Below are positions 10,192 to 20,360 of a DNA stretch of 64,000 bases, piece after piece. The DNA comes from a bacterium (GTDB lineage: Bacteria; Bdellovibrionota_G; JALEGL01): the NCBI GenBank assembly GCA_022763185.1, contig JALEGL010000012.1:65546-129545 (forward strand). The letters run 5' to 3'. The position numbers and the translations under genes were made by a program. The notes under the pieces were generated by a model. It worked only from the letters and a program-made list of their open reading frames with translations. It had not been told where the DNA came from and did not search any database. Numbering within the stretch: position 1 is the first letter of the stretch; each line of letters opens with the position of its first letter.

Positions 10192-10746
10192 TTATTCAAA
10201 GGTATCGTGTTTTTTTAGCGCAATTTGAAGGAGTCTTGGAATATAGTCCATTAAAATTTTGATTTCTCCGACAACAACTAAAACAAGAATCCATTGATGG
10301 TATATTGAATTTAAAAATGCTTCAGGGGCATACAGTGGGATTAAAATGTAAATAAAGGTCACAGCCGTAATATATTTGGGCAGAAGTTTAGGTTTAACTT
10401 TAAATAAACGCTTAAGCCACCAGGATAAAATGGGAACGGACATCAATTGGGAAAAGTTTCGGATTAAAACAATGAAGGCAAGCCACCAGGGTATGAAATG
10501 ATTGATGTACAAAAAGCTATAATAAAAACAAGCAAAGGCTTTATCGGCAATGGGGTCAAGTAAAGCCCCTAAGTCACTGCACACATCGTATTTTCTGGCT
10601 AGATAGCCATCAAAGAAATCACTTAGCATTGAAAAAACTAAAACTATCAAGGCCAGATTAAAAGATTGATGATGATAAAAGTAAATAAAAACAGGAAAGA
10701 GAAGGACTCTTAAAAGACTTAAAGTGTTAGGAATATAAGCTATCAT
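10192..10746 (-). CDS. CDP-alcohol phosphatidyltransferase (PgsA-like)
   Basis: Motif 'DFFDGYLARKYDVCSDLGALLDPIADK' (D-G-x2-A-R...G-x3-D-x3-D). Polytopic membrane protein of 184 aa. Confidence 0.8.
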   Translation of the reverse strand: MIAYIPNTLSLLRVLLFPVFIYFYHHQSFNLALIVLVFSMLSDFFDGYLARKYDVCSDLGALLDPIADKAFACFYYSFLYINHFIPWWLAFIVLIRNFSQLMSVPILSWWLKRLFKVKPKLLPKYITAVTFIYILIPLYAPEAFLNSIYHQWILVLVVVGEIKILMDYIPRLLQIALKKHDTFE

Positions 10747-10779
10747 AAGGTATCTGTTAGCTTATATAGGATAAACATA

Positions 10780-11190
10780 ATGATGAACAGCAATGAGTAT
10801 AAAGTTTTACATGAAACTCCTACAGCGCAAGACTATTGTGATTTAAGAATAAAATGTGGTTTGAGTGCTAAAGATTTTGAAAGTGTTAAAACAGCATTGC
10901 CCAGAAGCATTTATGCTGTGCAAATTGTTCATGAAGGTAAAATGATTGCTATGGGCCGGATTGTTGGCGATGGGGGATGCTTTGTGCAAGTAACTGATAT
11001 CGCGGTAGATCCAGAGCATCAAAAAAAAGGTTTATCCAAAGTCATCATGCAACAGATTATGGACTATATTTATAAAAACATCCCCAAGTCATGTTTTGTG
11101 ACTCTGTTTGCAGATGTTGATTATCTCTATCAAAAGTTTGGTTTTGTTGTGTCTGAACAATCTATAGGCATGAAATTGCAACGTTCGTAA
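10780..11190 (+). CDS. GNAT family N-acetyltransferase
   Basis: 136 aa. Acetyl-CoA binding motif 'HQKKGLSKVIMQQI'. Confidence 0.7.
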   Translation: MMNSNEYKVLHETPTAQDYCDLRIKCGLSAKDFESVKTALPRSIYAVQIVHEGKMIAMGRIVGDGGCFVQVTDIAVDPEHQKKGLSKVIMQQIMDYIYKNIPKSCFVTLFADVDYLYQKFGFVVSEQSIGMKLQRS

Positions 11191-11212
11191 GAAATAAATA
11201 CAAGAGGGTATA

Positions 11213-12463
11213 ATGAATAAAGTACAAGCAATCATAGGTATTTTAACTTTTATTTTTATTGCATTTGCATTGAGTGAGAATAAGAAAAAAGCTCTAGCAT
11301 GGAAGCTGATTGTAACATGTATAAGCTTACAACTTTTTATGGCTTTTATTTTACAGGGTTCTAGTTGGTTACAAAGTATTCTCTTAGGGTTAAATAAAGG
11401 AGTGCTGCTGATTGATGCTGCCACTCAAAAAGGCAGTTCATTTATGTTTGGTTACTTGGCTGGGGGAGATGTGCCTTTTGTTATACAAGAAGGTAAAAGC
11501 TCATTCATTATTGCATTCTCTGTATTGCCTATAGTCATGGTGGTGTCCGCTTTATCAAGAGTTTTGTTTCATTGGGGAGTATTACAAAAAATAATTCATG
11601 GTTTATCATTAAGTATTGAAAAAATTTTAAAAATAGATGCTTTAAGTTGTTTTGCCGTAGCATCCAGTTTCTTTTTTGGCATTATAGAAACCCCTTTGTT
11701 GTTAAGACACTACTTATTAAAAATGTCTAGAGCCCAGCTTTTTATTATGTTCACAGCATGCATGTCTACCATCTCTGGTACGGTGATGGTTTTGTATGCC
11801 AATGTTTTACAAAGTATTGTTGATAATCCTACCGGCCATATTATTACGGCTTCTTTGATGAGCCTGCCAGCAGCCATTATGTTTGCATTGATTATGGTGC
11901 CGTATGAGGAAACAGAAGAAAAAAATAATTCTGATATAAAAATAGAAACAACGACTAACTCTGCCTTAGAAGCATTGGTAGAAGGCTGTATTGAAGGTAT
12001 TCATATGGTGTTTTATATTGTAGCGGTGATCGTCACATTTTTTGCTTGCATTCATATTGTTGATGCAGCGTTGTCATTGTTTGGTGTTATTGGGATCAAT
12101 ATAAGCTTAGAAACCATATTAGCGTATCTATTTTATCCCTTATGTTGGTTGATGGGGATTCCAGTTTCAGAGTGTTGGCAGGCAGCATTATTGATGGCGA
12201 ACAAATTGTTACTCAATGAGTTTGTAGCGTTTACACAAATGGCAACCTTACCTGCTAATAGTTTAAGTAAAACATCTTATGTTATTTTAACTTATGCCTT
12301 GTGTGGTTTTGCCAACTTGGGTAGTTTGGGTATTTTAACCGCGGGCTTGGCTCAAATTTTTGCTGACAAAAAACATAGGGTTTTAAGTTTAGCACCTAAA
12401 TCAATTGTAGCAGGTACTCTTAGTACCATGAGCACTGGAGCCATTATGGCTATTTTTTTATAG
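11213..12463 (+). CDS. nupC: Concentrative nucleoside transporter (NupC family)
   Basis: The C-terminus 'LCGFANLGSLGILTAGL...' and 'NKLLLNEFVAFTQM' align with E. coli NupC 'LVSFANFSSIGIIAGAV' and 'TKLVSNEFVAMMDL'. 416 aa, polytopic. Confidence 0.8.
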   Translation: MNKVQAIIGILTFIFIAFALSENKKKALAWKLIVTCISLQLFMAFILQGSSWLQSILLGLNKGVLLIDAATQKGSSFMFGYLAGGDVPFVIQEGKSSFIIAFSVLPIVMVVSALSRVLFHWGVLQKIIHGLSLSIEKILKIDALSCFAVASSFFFGIIETPLLLRHYLLKMSRAQLFIMFTACMSTISGTVMVLYANVLQSIVDNPTGHIITASLMSLPAAIMFALIMVPYEETEEKNNSDIKIETTTNSALEALVEGCIEGIHMVFYIVAVIVTFFACIHIVDAALSLFGVIGINISLETILAYLFYPLCWLMGIPVSECWQAALLMANKLLLNEFVAFTQMATLPANSLSKTSYVILTYALCGFANLGSLGILTAGLAQIFADKKHRVLSLAPKSIVAGTLSTMSTGAIMAIFL

Positions 12464-12495
12464 CTTGCTACATAAAAACTGTATTCGGCTTGTAC

Positions 12496-13887
12496 TTATA
12501 CGAAATGTTGTTTAATCACATCCGATAAACCAACGCCATTACGATGATTGCCCAACAGAACTATATTTGGGTGAGACTTATTCAGTTTGTCAATGCTAGT
12601 GTTTTTTTCAGCATGACCAATTTCATACTGTGGCATGGCTCTGGGCCATCGTTGGAGTGTTTGAAATAGTGCTGCTTGCTTGATGCCTAAAATATCTGAC
12701 AGTTCATCGTGGGCAAGTTGCATTAGCTCTTGATCACTGTGATTTAAAATAGATTCATTGTTCATGCCACCCATGAATACTCTACAAACAACTGTGTCTT
12801 GTGGTGATCTTTGGGGGAATTTATGATTCAAAAAAGAACAGGCTAAAATTTTTCTTTGCTCTATTTCTGGAATGATAAACCCGGCAGCTTTAGGAAGGTT
12901 TTCAATATCAGATTTCTTGTAAATCAATATCGCAATAGCAGAAGAAGCGGTTCTAATTGATTGAAGTGCATCAGATAATTTCGGTGAACAGTGTGCAAGC
13001 AATTGAGAAGAGGATTGTAAAGTGTTGGCCATAACCAGAGTATTTGTTGCATATTGGGTGTTGTTTTGATCTGTGACGATATAGCCATGCTCATCTTTAT
13101 CAACAGTTTTGATGAGGCAATTCTTTTGAATATGGACACCTTGCTCAAGTAAAGACTTTTCCAAAGCATGGATGAGTTGTGACATGCCGTTTTGTAAACT
13201 GTAAAATAAATTGTAACGCGGGCCGCTGCTTTTACTGGTAAAGCTGTTTTTGAGCAAGCCCAGAATAACGCTACCGTATTTTTGTTCAAGCTCAATAAAA
13301 ACGGGAAGGGTGGCTTTTAAGCTGAGCTTTTTTGGGTCAGATGTGTAGATGCCTGAAACCATACCTTGTGCAATCACTTCAAACAGTTCTTTACCAAATC
13401 TACGGACAACAAAATCTTCCAAGCTTGGATCTTTATCTTTGCCTTTAGAAATAAAAACTTCAGCCAGCACACGTAGCTTTCCTGACCATGAGAGTAAAGG
13501 CGACTTTAAAAAAGCGGTGATGTTTTTAGGAGCAATCAAATAGAAGCCGAGCGGTGTAGCTTGCAGTTGTCCTTTATGCAAAATATAACTGCGTTGATAG
13601 TTTGGATCAATGTTGATGAGTTGATCATTAAGACCTAAATCATCAATTAGATCTAAAATATGAGAAGTCTTAGGTAAAAATGAGTCTGGCCCATATTCAA
13701 GGGTACAAGGTCCCAGTGGTGTATCTACGGTATCTGTATAGATAAGACCGCCCAAACGAGAATTTTTTTCTAAAAGAGTGATTTCATGTTTAGGTTTTTT
13801 CTTTTTTAAATAATAGGCATAACTTAAACCTGATAAACCACCACCAACAATTAATGTTTGAGTTTTATGTGCATCAGGTTTTGACAT
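12496..13887 (-). CDS. hemY: Protoporphyrinogen/coproporphyrinogen III oxidase (HemY-type, FAD)
   Basis: N-terminal dinucleotide fold 'LIVGGGLSGLSYAYYL'. 463 aa. Adjacent to hemE. Confidence 0.8.
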   Translation of the reverse strand: MSKPDAHKTQTLIVGGGLSGLSYAYYLKKKKPKHEITLLEKNSRLGGLIYTDTVDTPLGPCTLEYGPDSFLPKTSHILDLIDDLGLNDQLINIDPNYQRSYILHKGQLQATPLGFYLIAPKNITAFLKSPLLSWSGKLRVLAEVFISKGKDKDPSLEDFVVRRFGKELFEVIAQGMVSGIYTSDPKKLSLKATLPVFIELEQKYGSVILGLLKNSFTSKSSGPRYNLFYSLQNGMSQLIHALEKSLLEQGVHIQKNCLIKTVDKDEHGYIVTDQNNTQYATNTLVMANTLQSSSQLLAHCSPKLSDALQSIRTASSAIAILIYKKSDIENLPKAAGFIIPEIEQRKILACSFLNHKFPQRSPQDTVVCRVFMGGMNNESILNHSDQELMQLAHDELSDILGIKQAALFQTLQRWPRAMPQYEIGHAEKNTSIDKLNKSHPNIVLLGNHRNGVGLSDVIKQHFV

Positions 13888-13892
13888 GAAGC

Positions 13893-14942
13893 TTACCTCT
13901 TTGTTTTTTGATGAACTTGCTTAACTAAAAACTGTGCATGTTCAACGGGCGTATTGGGTAAAATCCCATGCCCCAGGTTAAAGATATACCCCTGATTTGG
14001 ATTATTTATGCTTGAAAGTAAATGATCTAGCTCATGTTCTATAACGGACGTATCACAAAGTAAGGTGACAGGGTCTAGATTTCCTTGAACTGCTTTTAGA
14101 TTTAAATCTTGTTTCATTGTGTTGAGTGGAGTTCTAAAATCAATGCCCATAACATCTGAGCCAGCGTCTTTCATACTTTTAATTAAATGGGCGGTGTTAA
14201 CGCCAAAGTAGATGGTAGGCACATTTTTGGCATACATCTTTACAAAATCAAAAATTTGTTTGGCAAAAGGCACAGCAAAGTTTTGAGCTTCTTGTGGAGA
14301 AAGAACGCCAATCCAACTGTCAAACAGTTGAATTGCATTGGCGCCGGCATCCAACTGCAACTTCATGTAGTCTATGGTGGCTTCAGTAAGTTGATCCAAC
14401 AAGGCAATAAAGGTTTCAGGGTCACTGCGCATTAGCTTTTTGGTGTGCTCAAAGTTCTTCGATGATCCACCTTCAATGGCATAGGAGGCTACCGTAAAAG
14501 GACTGCCTGCAAAACCAATGAGTGGAATATGCGTAGGCAAATTTTTACGGGTCAGGGCAACGGCTTGTTCAAGGTAAACATGGTTGTTTTTAATATCAGG
14601 CTCAACCAGCTGTTCAACCGTTGATCCTAAACGAAATGGGTTGTGTATGGTTGGTCCATGTCCTTTGAGAAAATCCAAATCAAAACCCAAGCTCTCTAAA
14701 ATGAGTAAGATGTCTGCAAAAATAATGGCTGCATCAACATTGAGCATGTCCACAGCCAAACAGGTCACCTCACTGACCAGCTCGGGAGATTTACACAATT
14801 CTAAAAAACTGTGCTTTGCACGAATATCTCTGTACTCTTTTTGGTAGCGACCCGCCTGGCGCATGATCCAGACTGGGGTATAAGGCGTTTCTTGACCAAA
14901 ACAAGCTTGAATAAATGGAGATTGTTCTATTTCTTTACTCAT
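13893..14942 (-). CDS. hemE: Uroporphyrinogen decarboxylase
   Basis: Signature 'PVWIMRQAGRY'. 349 aa. Confidence 0.93.
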   Translation of the reverse strand: MSKEIEQSPFIQACFGQETPYTPVWIMRQAGRYQKEYRDIRAKHSFLELCKSPELVSEVTCLAVDMLNVDAAIIFADILLILESLGFDLDFLKGHGPTIHNPFRLGSTVEQLVEPDIKNNHVYLEQAVALTRKNLPTHIPLIGFAGSPFTVASYAIEGGSSKNFEHTKKLMRSDPETFIALLDQLTEATIDYMKLQLDAGANAIQLFDSWIGVLSPQEAQNFAVPFAKQIFDFVKMYAKNVPTIYFGVNTAHLIKSMKDAGSDVMGIDFRTPLNTMKQDLNLKAVQGNLDPVTLLCDTSVIEHELDHLLSSINNPNQGYIFNLGHGILPNTPVEHAQFLVKQVHQKTKR

Positions 14943-14982
14943 GTGCGCTATGTAACATGAAGTTTGTGGAAATGCTTTTTTT

Positions 14983-15540
14983 TTAGATTTGTGGGTTTTT
15001 TTGTAAAAGCTGGATAAGTTTATCCGGCAAAAGTTGTTCTAATACTTGCTGGTTTTGAGTGCTTAAGGCTTCTCTAATGGCTGTACTGGAGAAGTTAGGA
15101 ATGGCAAACTTCTCTTGCGTGTAGTTTTCACGGGGGACAAGGCACACACCAAAATCTCTTTCTATAGCATCAAAGCGATACCAAAGGTCTTTTTGTTGTA
15201 AGATATCACTGCCAACAATCAATTTAAAATTGTTATTGGGGTATTGTTTTTTTAACAATTGAAGGGTGTTATAAGTTCTTCCATCGGTTGCGTCGGAAGC
15301 TTCAATGTTGGACACGTGAAACGGATGTTCAAAATCCATGATTAAGGTTTGACACAATTGCATGCGAAAATCAAAATCCCAACTTTTTTTTCCCAAAGCA
15401 TGTTTAAAAGTAGGGCAAAACCAAATTTCATCCAAGTTGTATCGTTTAAGGGCATAACAAGCCGCTAAAAAATGGCCATAATGCGGTGGAGAAAAGCTCC
15501 CACCAAAAAATCCTATGGTTTTATTGATGTTATCTGACAT
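14983..15540 (-). CDS. nadD: Nicotinate-nucleotide adenylyltransferase
   Basis: 'GGSFSPPHYGHFLAA' (GxFxPxHxxH) motif. The start is moved to the ATG at 15540 (MSDNINK...), which has better context than the ORF-track start at 15669. Confidence 0.85.
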   Translation of the reverse strand: MSDNINKTIGFFGGSFSPPHYGHFLAACYALKRYNLDEIWFCPTFKHALGKKSWDFDFRMQLCQTLIMDFEHPFHVSNIEASDATDGRTYNTLQLLKKQYPNNNFKLIVGSDILQQKDLWYRFDAIERDFGVCLVPRENYTQEKFAIPNFSSTAIREALSTQNQQVLEQLLPDKLIQLLQKNPQI

Positions 15541-15622
15541 GAAATAGTTTTTAAAATTTGAGTTTTTAGCCTTTTTAAACGGAGGAGAGGTTTTATACCG
15601 ATTCCGACCTGGGTGGGTTGAA

Positions 15623-15703
15623 TTGACCCAAAACCGCGTTTTTGGGTCAAGAAGGGGCGGGCCTTGCATAAGTAACTGTAAGACCTTTGGTCTAACAGTT
15701 ACT
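15623..15703. other. GC-rich structured element with two perfect hairpins in the nadD 5' region
   Basis: TTGACCCAAAA-ccgcg-TTTTGGGTCAA (15623-15650) and AGTAACTGT-[AGACC-ttt-GGTCT]-ACAGTTACT (15671-15703). There is no T-run after either hairpin on either strand, so these are not classic terminators. Confidence 0.4.
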
Positions 15704-15729
15704 AAAGATCCCCCCTTAACAAAAAAGGA

Positions 15730-16206
15730 TTAGAAATGGACGCCGATTGAGGCTCTAGGCTCCAGCAAATTATCCGCACCATCCAGGATCAAGTACTCAA
15801 CCCCAACATTGGCAGAAAACATGAATAACTTAACCACGGTCACACCGGCACCTAAACTGGTAAAATAAGTGCTGTCACTGCCGGGCAGGTCATAGCTAAT
15901 AAATCCAGTACCTAAAGAAGCGTAAGGTGCAAAAACACCCGTAGGCACTCTGGCAATGCCTGTTAGCCTATAAGCATTGGCTGCAGGTACAGGATCGTTT
16001 TCTAGAAAACGGCTATAACTGCCTTCAACAGCAAAGATTTTAACAAACTGGTATCCTGCTGTAACGCCCAAGCTTACTTGAGTATTTTGATTAGAACTCA
16101 AGGGAACAACAGCGCCTGCTGTAGGTCTTACATAAAAACCTGCCTGTGCAGAGCTTAATCCCAAACATAAAATTGTAAGTAGTATGGTTAAATTAATTTT
16201 TTTCAT
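15730..16206 (-). CDS. Small outer-membrane beta-barrel protein
   Basis: Signal peptide 'MKKINLTILLTILCLGLSSAQA'. Glycine- and aromatic-rich alternating strands and a C-terminal '...IGVHF'. The start is taken at the ATG at 16206. Confidence 0.6.
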   Translation of the reverse strand: MKKINLTILLTILCLGLSSAQAGFYVRPTAGAVVPLSSNQNTQVSLGVTAGYQFVKIFAVEGSYSRFLENDPVPAANAYRLTGIARVPTGVFAPYASLGTGFISYDLPGSDSTYFTSLGAGVTVVKLFMFSANVGVEYLILDGADNLLEPRASIGVHF

Positions 16207-16262
16207 GTTGAGAATATACCTTATCTTGGCTTGACTCCCAAGTTTTCTAAGCATAAAAGGAC

Positions 16263-17567
16263 ATGGCAATGGCACAAAATACAAAAAAAACGCTTAAAAC
16301 CTATACTTTTGGCTGTAAAGTCAACTGGTTTGATTCTGCGCAAGTGGAATCCGCAGTAAGTCAGTTTAAAAACTGGAATATTGATGCAAAAAGTAAAAAC
16401 CCAGATGCAGTGGTTATTAATACTTGTACGGTCACTGAGTCAGCGGATAAACAGGCAAGACAGCTGATTAGAAAAGTGCACCGTGACACACCCAATGCTA
16501 AAATTATTGTTACAGGCTGCTATGCCGAGGCAGACGCTGATAGAATTAGCCAAATGCCAGGTGTAAGCGATGTTGTTGCCATAAAAGATAGACCCAAGAT
16601 CAATGAGAGCTTAGGTTTGCCTAGTTTAACAGAAAATGATGCCTTTAAAACTCTGGCTCAGACCAGTCAAAGAACAAGAGCCTATTTAAAAATGCAAGAT
16701 GGTTGTAATGCTTATTGCGCATTTTGTGTTTTGCCTTATGTGAGAGGAAGAAGTCGTTCTATTGATATAAAGACGCTTGTGGAACTTGCGCAATCCTATG
16801 AGCAACACGGTTATAAAGAAATGATTATCACCGGTACGCATGTTGGCAGTTATGGTAGAGACTTAAAGCCTCGTATGACCTTTGCCAAAGCTTTGGATCA
16901 AATTTTAAAAGAAACTCATACAATTCGATTAAAAGTCAGTTCTTTAGAGCCTACAACCTTAACCCCAGAATTTATTAAAGTGGTAGGAGAAAACTCAAGA
17001 ATTGTTCCGCACTTTCATATTCCTATGCAAAGTGGCAGTGACGATGTCCTACGGCGGATGAATAGAAAAAATAAAGCACAAAATTTTAATGAAAGAATTA
17101 TGGCTTTGTCAAAAACTCAAGATAACGTTTGTATCGGTACAGATGTGATTGTTGGTTTTTGTGGTGAAACTGAACAAGACTTTATGCAATCCTATGAAGC
17201 ATTAAAAAATCTGCCGATCAGTTATTTTCATGTTTTCCCTTACTCTGGCCGTCCTGGAACTAGAGCAGAAAAAGTATTTACAGATGATGTTGATCCTCAG
17301 GTAAAAAAGCATAGAGTAAAGTTGTTAAGAGACTTAAGTTTTTTAAAACAAACAGAGTTTTATCAACGTTTTGAACATACAACAGAGAAAATTTTGGTGG
17401 AAAAAAAGAGAGATAAAGAAGGTTATTTACAAGGCCAAACCACACGTTATGTTCGCGTTAAAATAAAAGGGCATGATAGATTACAAGAAAAAGAAGTTGA
17501 AGTTCAGTTGTCGCAACTGGATAATAAAAATACGGAAAACATCGTTTTTTATGCTGATGTTTTGTAG
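16263..17567 (+). CDS. tRNA methylthiotransferase, MiaB/MtaB/RimO family (radical SAM)
   Basis: N-terminal MTTase domain. Radical-SAM 'CNAYCAFCVLPYVRG' (CxxxCxxC). 434 aa. MtaB-like rather than MiaB, at low certainty. Confidence 0.8.
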   Translation: MAMAQNTKKTLKTYTFGCKVNWFDSAQVESAVSQFKNWNIDAKSKNPDAVVINTCTVTESADKQARQLIRKVHRDTPNAKIIVTGCYAEADADRISQMPGVSDVVAIKDRPKINESLGLPSLTENDAFKTLAQTSQRTRAYLKMQDGCNAYCAFCVLPYVRGRSRSIDIKTLVELAQSYEQHGYKEMIITGTHVGSYGRDLKPRMTFAKALDQILKETHTIRLKVSSLEPTTLTPEFIKVVGENSRIVPHFHIPMQSGSDDVLRRMNRKNKAQNFNERIMALSKTQDNVCIGTDVIVGFCGETEQDFMQSYEALKNLPISYFHVFPYSGRPGTRAEKVFTDDVDPQVKKHRVKLLRDLSFLKQTEFYQRFEHTTEKILVEKKRDKEGYLQGQTTRYVRVKIKGHDRLQEKEVEVQLSQLDNKNTENIVFYADVL

Positions 17568-17573
17568 AGAGTA

Positions 17574-18278
17574 ATGAAATCAATATACAAAATACTGTCT
17601 GATATTTGTCAAATAGACATCCAAGAAAACATTGTGTTTGAAGAAGCATTAAGTCATAAGTCTTGGCTGGTAGAGAACCCAGTATCTTACAATGATTATG
17701 AACGCTTGGAGTTTTTGGGAGATGCAGTTTTAAACTTTATTGTTTCAGATTTATTTTATGACCAGTACCCTGATAAAGCTGAAGGTGACTTAACGCAGTT
17801 TAGGTCATCAGTGGTGAATGAAAGTGTTTTGGGTCAGGCTATTGAAAAGCTTAAAATTAATGGTTTAATTAAGTTGGGCTTGGGTGAAGAAAGGTCCGGT
17901 GGGCACAATAAACTTTCTATTTTGTCTGATGTTTTTGAGTCCTTGTTGGCTGCTTTATACCTTACACATGGTATAGGCGCAGCTAAAGCTTTTGTTATAA
18001 ATGGATTGGCAGAAGTACTCAATAATGTTGATAGTGTACAGTTCAACAAAGATTTTAAGACACAACTACAAGAAAAAACACAAAAGTATTTTAAAATTTT
18101 GCCCATTTATAATACTCTAAAAAGCGCTGGTCCCGATCATGATAAAACGTTTACTATAAAAGTTCACATCAAAGGTTATACATTTGATGGTCAAGGCAAC
18201 AGTAAAAAACAAGCACAACAAGATGCAGCTCAAAAGGCTCTGCAGCAATTTGCAAGAATAAAGGATGGTCAATCGTGA
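17574..18278 (+). CDS. rnc: Ribonuclease III
   Basis: Signature 'ERLEFLGDAVL'. C-terminal dsRBD. 234 aa. Confidence 0.92.
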   Translation: MKSIYKILSDICQIDIQENIVFEEALSHKSWLVENPVSYNDYERLEFLGDAVLNFIVSDLFYDQYPDKAEGDLTQFRSSVVNESVLGQAIEKLKINGLIKLGLGEERSGGHNKLSILSDVFESLLAALYLTHGIGAAKAFVINGLAEVLNNVDSVQFNKDFKTQLQEKTQKYFKILPIYNTLKSAGPDHDKTFTIKVHIKGYTFDGQGNSKKQAQQDAAQKALQQFARIKDGQS

Positions 18279-19663
18279 AAGCATTTTCAATTGCTATTGT
18301 TGGACGCCCCAACGTGGGAAAGTCAACACTGTTTAATCGAATGATTAAATCTCGGCGCTCCATCGTTCATGACCAACCGGGCATTACACGTGATGTTATT
18401 ATGGAAAACGTGCAACTCGCTGGATATAATATAGAGCTTATGGACACGGGGGGGTTAAGTTCATTTAGTAAACGTCCCAATGATACAATGTTGGCTAGAG
18501 TTTTTGATAAAGCCATACACTTTATCAAACAAAGTGATTTGGTCTTATTTGTGGTTGATGGGATTGTTGGTTTAACAGAAGAAGATAGAGTTGTTGCTAA
18601 AGATTTACGCAAATTAAATATTCCAATCATGCTTGTGGTTAACAAAATTGACCCAGGAGCCATGTACAGGCAAGAAAGTGATTTTTATGCCTTAGGTTTT
18701 AAAGATTACTTTCCCGTAGCTGCAGAACATAATTACGGCATATCCAATGTTATAGAAGAAATTGAAAGTCAATTAAAACATATTCAGCATGATCAAGGCA
18801 AAGTCTCATCAGAAGATAAACCTTTAACTTCAATAAAAGTTGCCTTGTTGGGACGTCCCAATGTGGGAAAATCAACTTTATTTAACCGTATGCTGGGTGA
18901 AGATCGATCGATTGTATCGGATGTTGCTGGAACGACGAGGGATAGCATCAACTCTGACTTTATTAAAAATGATACACACTGGACTTTTGTGGATACCGCC
19001 GGCATCAGAAAAACATCCAAGATAAAAAAAGATAACATTGAGTTTTACTCAGTAACGCGGGCTAAAAAAGCGGTTGACGCCAGCGATGTTATCATCTTGA
19101 TGCTCAATGCAGAGGATAATATTACGACTCAAGATCAAAAAATAGCGGCTTATATTATGGAACAGCGCAAAGCCTTATTAATTTTAGCCAATAAATGGGA
19201 TGAGCAACCCAAAGGTGATAGCCCAAGAAAAGATTTTAGAGAAGAGTTGTATTACAGAGCACCTTTTTTACGATTTGCAGAGGTTAAATTTATCTCTGCA
19301 AAAGAAGGTTTAGGCACAGGTAATTTATTGTCTGGGATCAAGTCACTTTATCATAAGCTAAACAGTGTATTTAGTGAAGAAGAGCTTAAAGATGCCTATA
19401 AAGCTATTATTGCCGCAAACCCTCCTAAAGGTCCTAAAGCGCATATTTTAGAATTTAGGCGCTTATCTTATCGCCCCAATCCAGCACCAACATTTTTTAT
19501 CCGTTGCAATAAACGCAGGTATGTTCCTGAAGCGTTAAAGAAATTTTGGAAGAACAGTCTGTATCATTTGTTTGATTTGCAAGGAATTCCCATTAAATTG
19601 GTGTTTCATGAACACATGTTAAAAAACCCTGAGGACTTTGAGGAGACTGAAGTTGAAGTTTAG
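18275..19663 (+). CDS. der: Ribosome-associated GTPase Der (EngA)
   Basis: Two tandem G domains, each with 'GRPNVGKSTLFNR', and a C-terminal KH-like domain. The GTG start overlaps the rnc stop (GTGA). Confidence 0.92.
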   Translation: MKAFSIAIVGRPNVGKSTLFNRMIKSRRSIVHDQPGITRDVIMENVQLAGYNIELMDTGGLSSFSKRPNDTMLARVFDKAIHFIKQSDLVLFVVDGIVGLTEEDRVVAKDLRKLNIPIMLVVNKIDPGAMYRQESDFYALGFKDYFPVAAEHNYGISNVIEEIESQLKHIQHDQGKVSSEDKPLTSIKVALLGRPNVGKSTLFNRMLGEDRSIVSDVAGTTRDSINSDFIKNDTHWTFVDTAGIRKTSKIKKDNIEFYSVTRAKKAVDASDVIILMLNAEDNITTQDQKIAAYIMEQRKALLILANKWDEQPKGDSPRKDFREELYYRAPFLRFAEVKFISAKEGLGTGNLLSGIKSLYHKLNSVFSEEELKDAYKAIIAANPPKGPKAHILEFRRLSYRPNPAPTFFIRCNKRRYVPEALKKFWKNSLYHLFDLQGIPIKLVFHEHMLKNPEDFEETEVEV

Positions 19664-19772
19664 TTTTGCGGCTAAAGACTGACAATGCTGATAGTTTGCA
19701 CAAGAGATTAGTATAAAAAATAAAGTAAAATCAGTGCCTTATGTTGGCATTATCTTTGCTTTTTAATAGACT

Positions 19773-20360
19773 ATGATCAATCAACGCAAAACACGACTTA
19801 AATTTTATACCATCATGATGCTTGCAGTAATTAGTTTATTTTTACATGGTTGTGGTCGCCCTTTGACTTATGATGGACAAAGCTTTTTGACCGATCCAGA
19901 TGGAGATCAGGTTGATTCAATTTATGATAACTGTCCAAACGTATATAATCCAACACAAATAGATTCTGATAATAATGGTCTAGGGGATGCGTGTGAGGAT
20001 GTAAGTTCAAGCAATGAAAGTCCCTCACTTTATTCTATGGAACTATTAAATGTAGATGGCACAAGCTGCAGTAGAAAGATTGTTTGGGAAGATAAATCGA
20101 TGGATGAAGTTCAGGTGCAAATTATCAAAAAATATAAACGTGTATCTTTTGATCCTATAGACCAGCGTCCAGATATTACCGAATATGAAGATAGTCTTGA
20201 TGTCCCCATTGTTTATGCCGGTAATTTAGGTGTGATAGAGTACGATGATCTTGATTTAGAAAGTTGGATGAAGGCTTTAAGATATCAAATCAAAGTTACT
20301 CTTGCCGACGGTAATGTGCTGTTGTCTAATGAAATGAATGAAAGCTTTGCTTGTGAGTAA
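19773..20360 (+). CDS. Lipoprotein with thrombospondin-type-3 Ca-binding repeat
   Basis: Signal peptide and lipobox 'LHGCGRP'. 'DPDGDQVDSIYDNCPNVYNPTQIDSDNNGLGDACE'. Paralogue of 20620..21210. Confidence 0.65.
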   Translation: MINQRKTRLKFYTIMMLAVISLFLHGCGRPLTYDGQSFLTDPDGDQVDSIYDNCPNVYNPTQIDSDNNGLGDACEDVSSSNESPSLYSMELLNVDGTSCSRKIVWEDKSMDEVQVQIIKKYKRVSFDPIDQRPDITEYEDSLDVPIVYAGNLGVIEYDDLDLESWMKALRYQIKVTLADGNVLLSNEMNESFACE

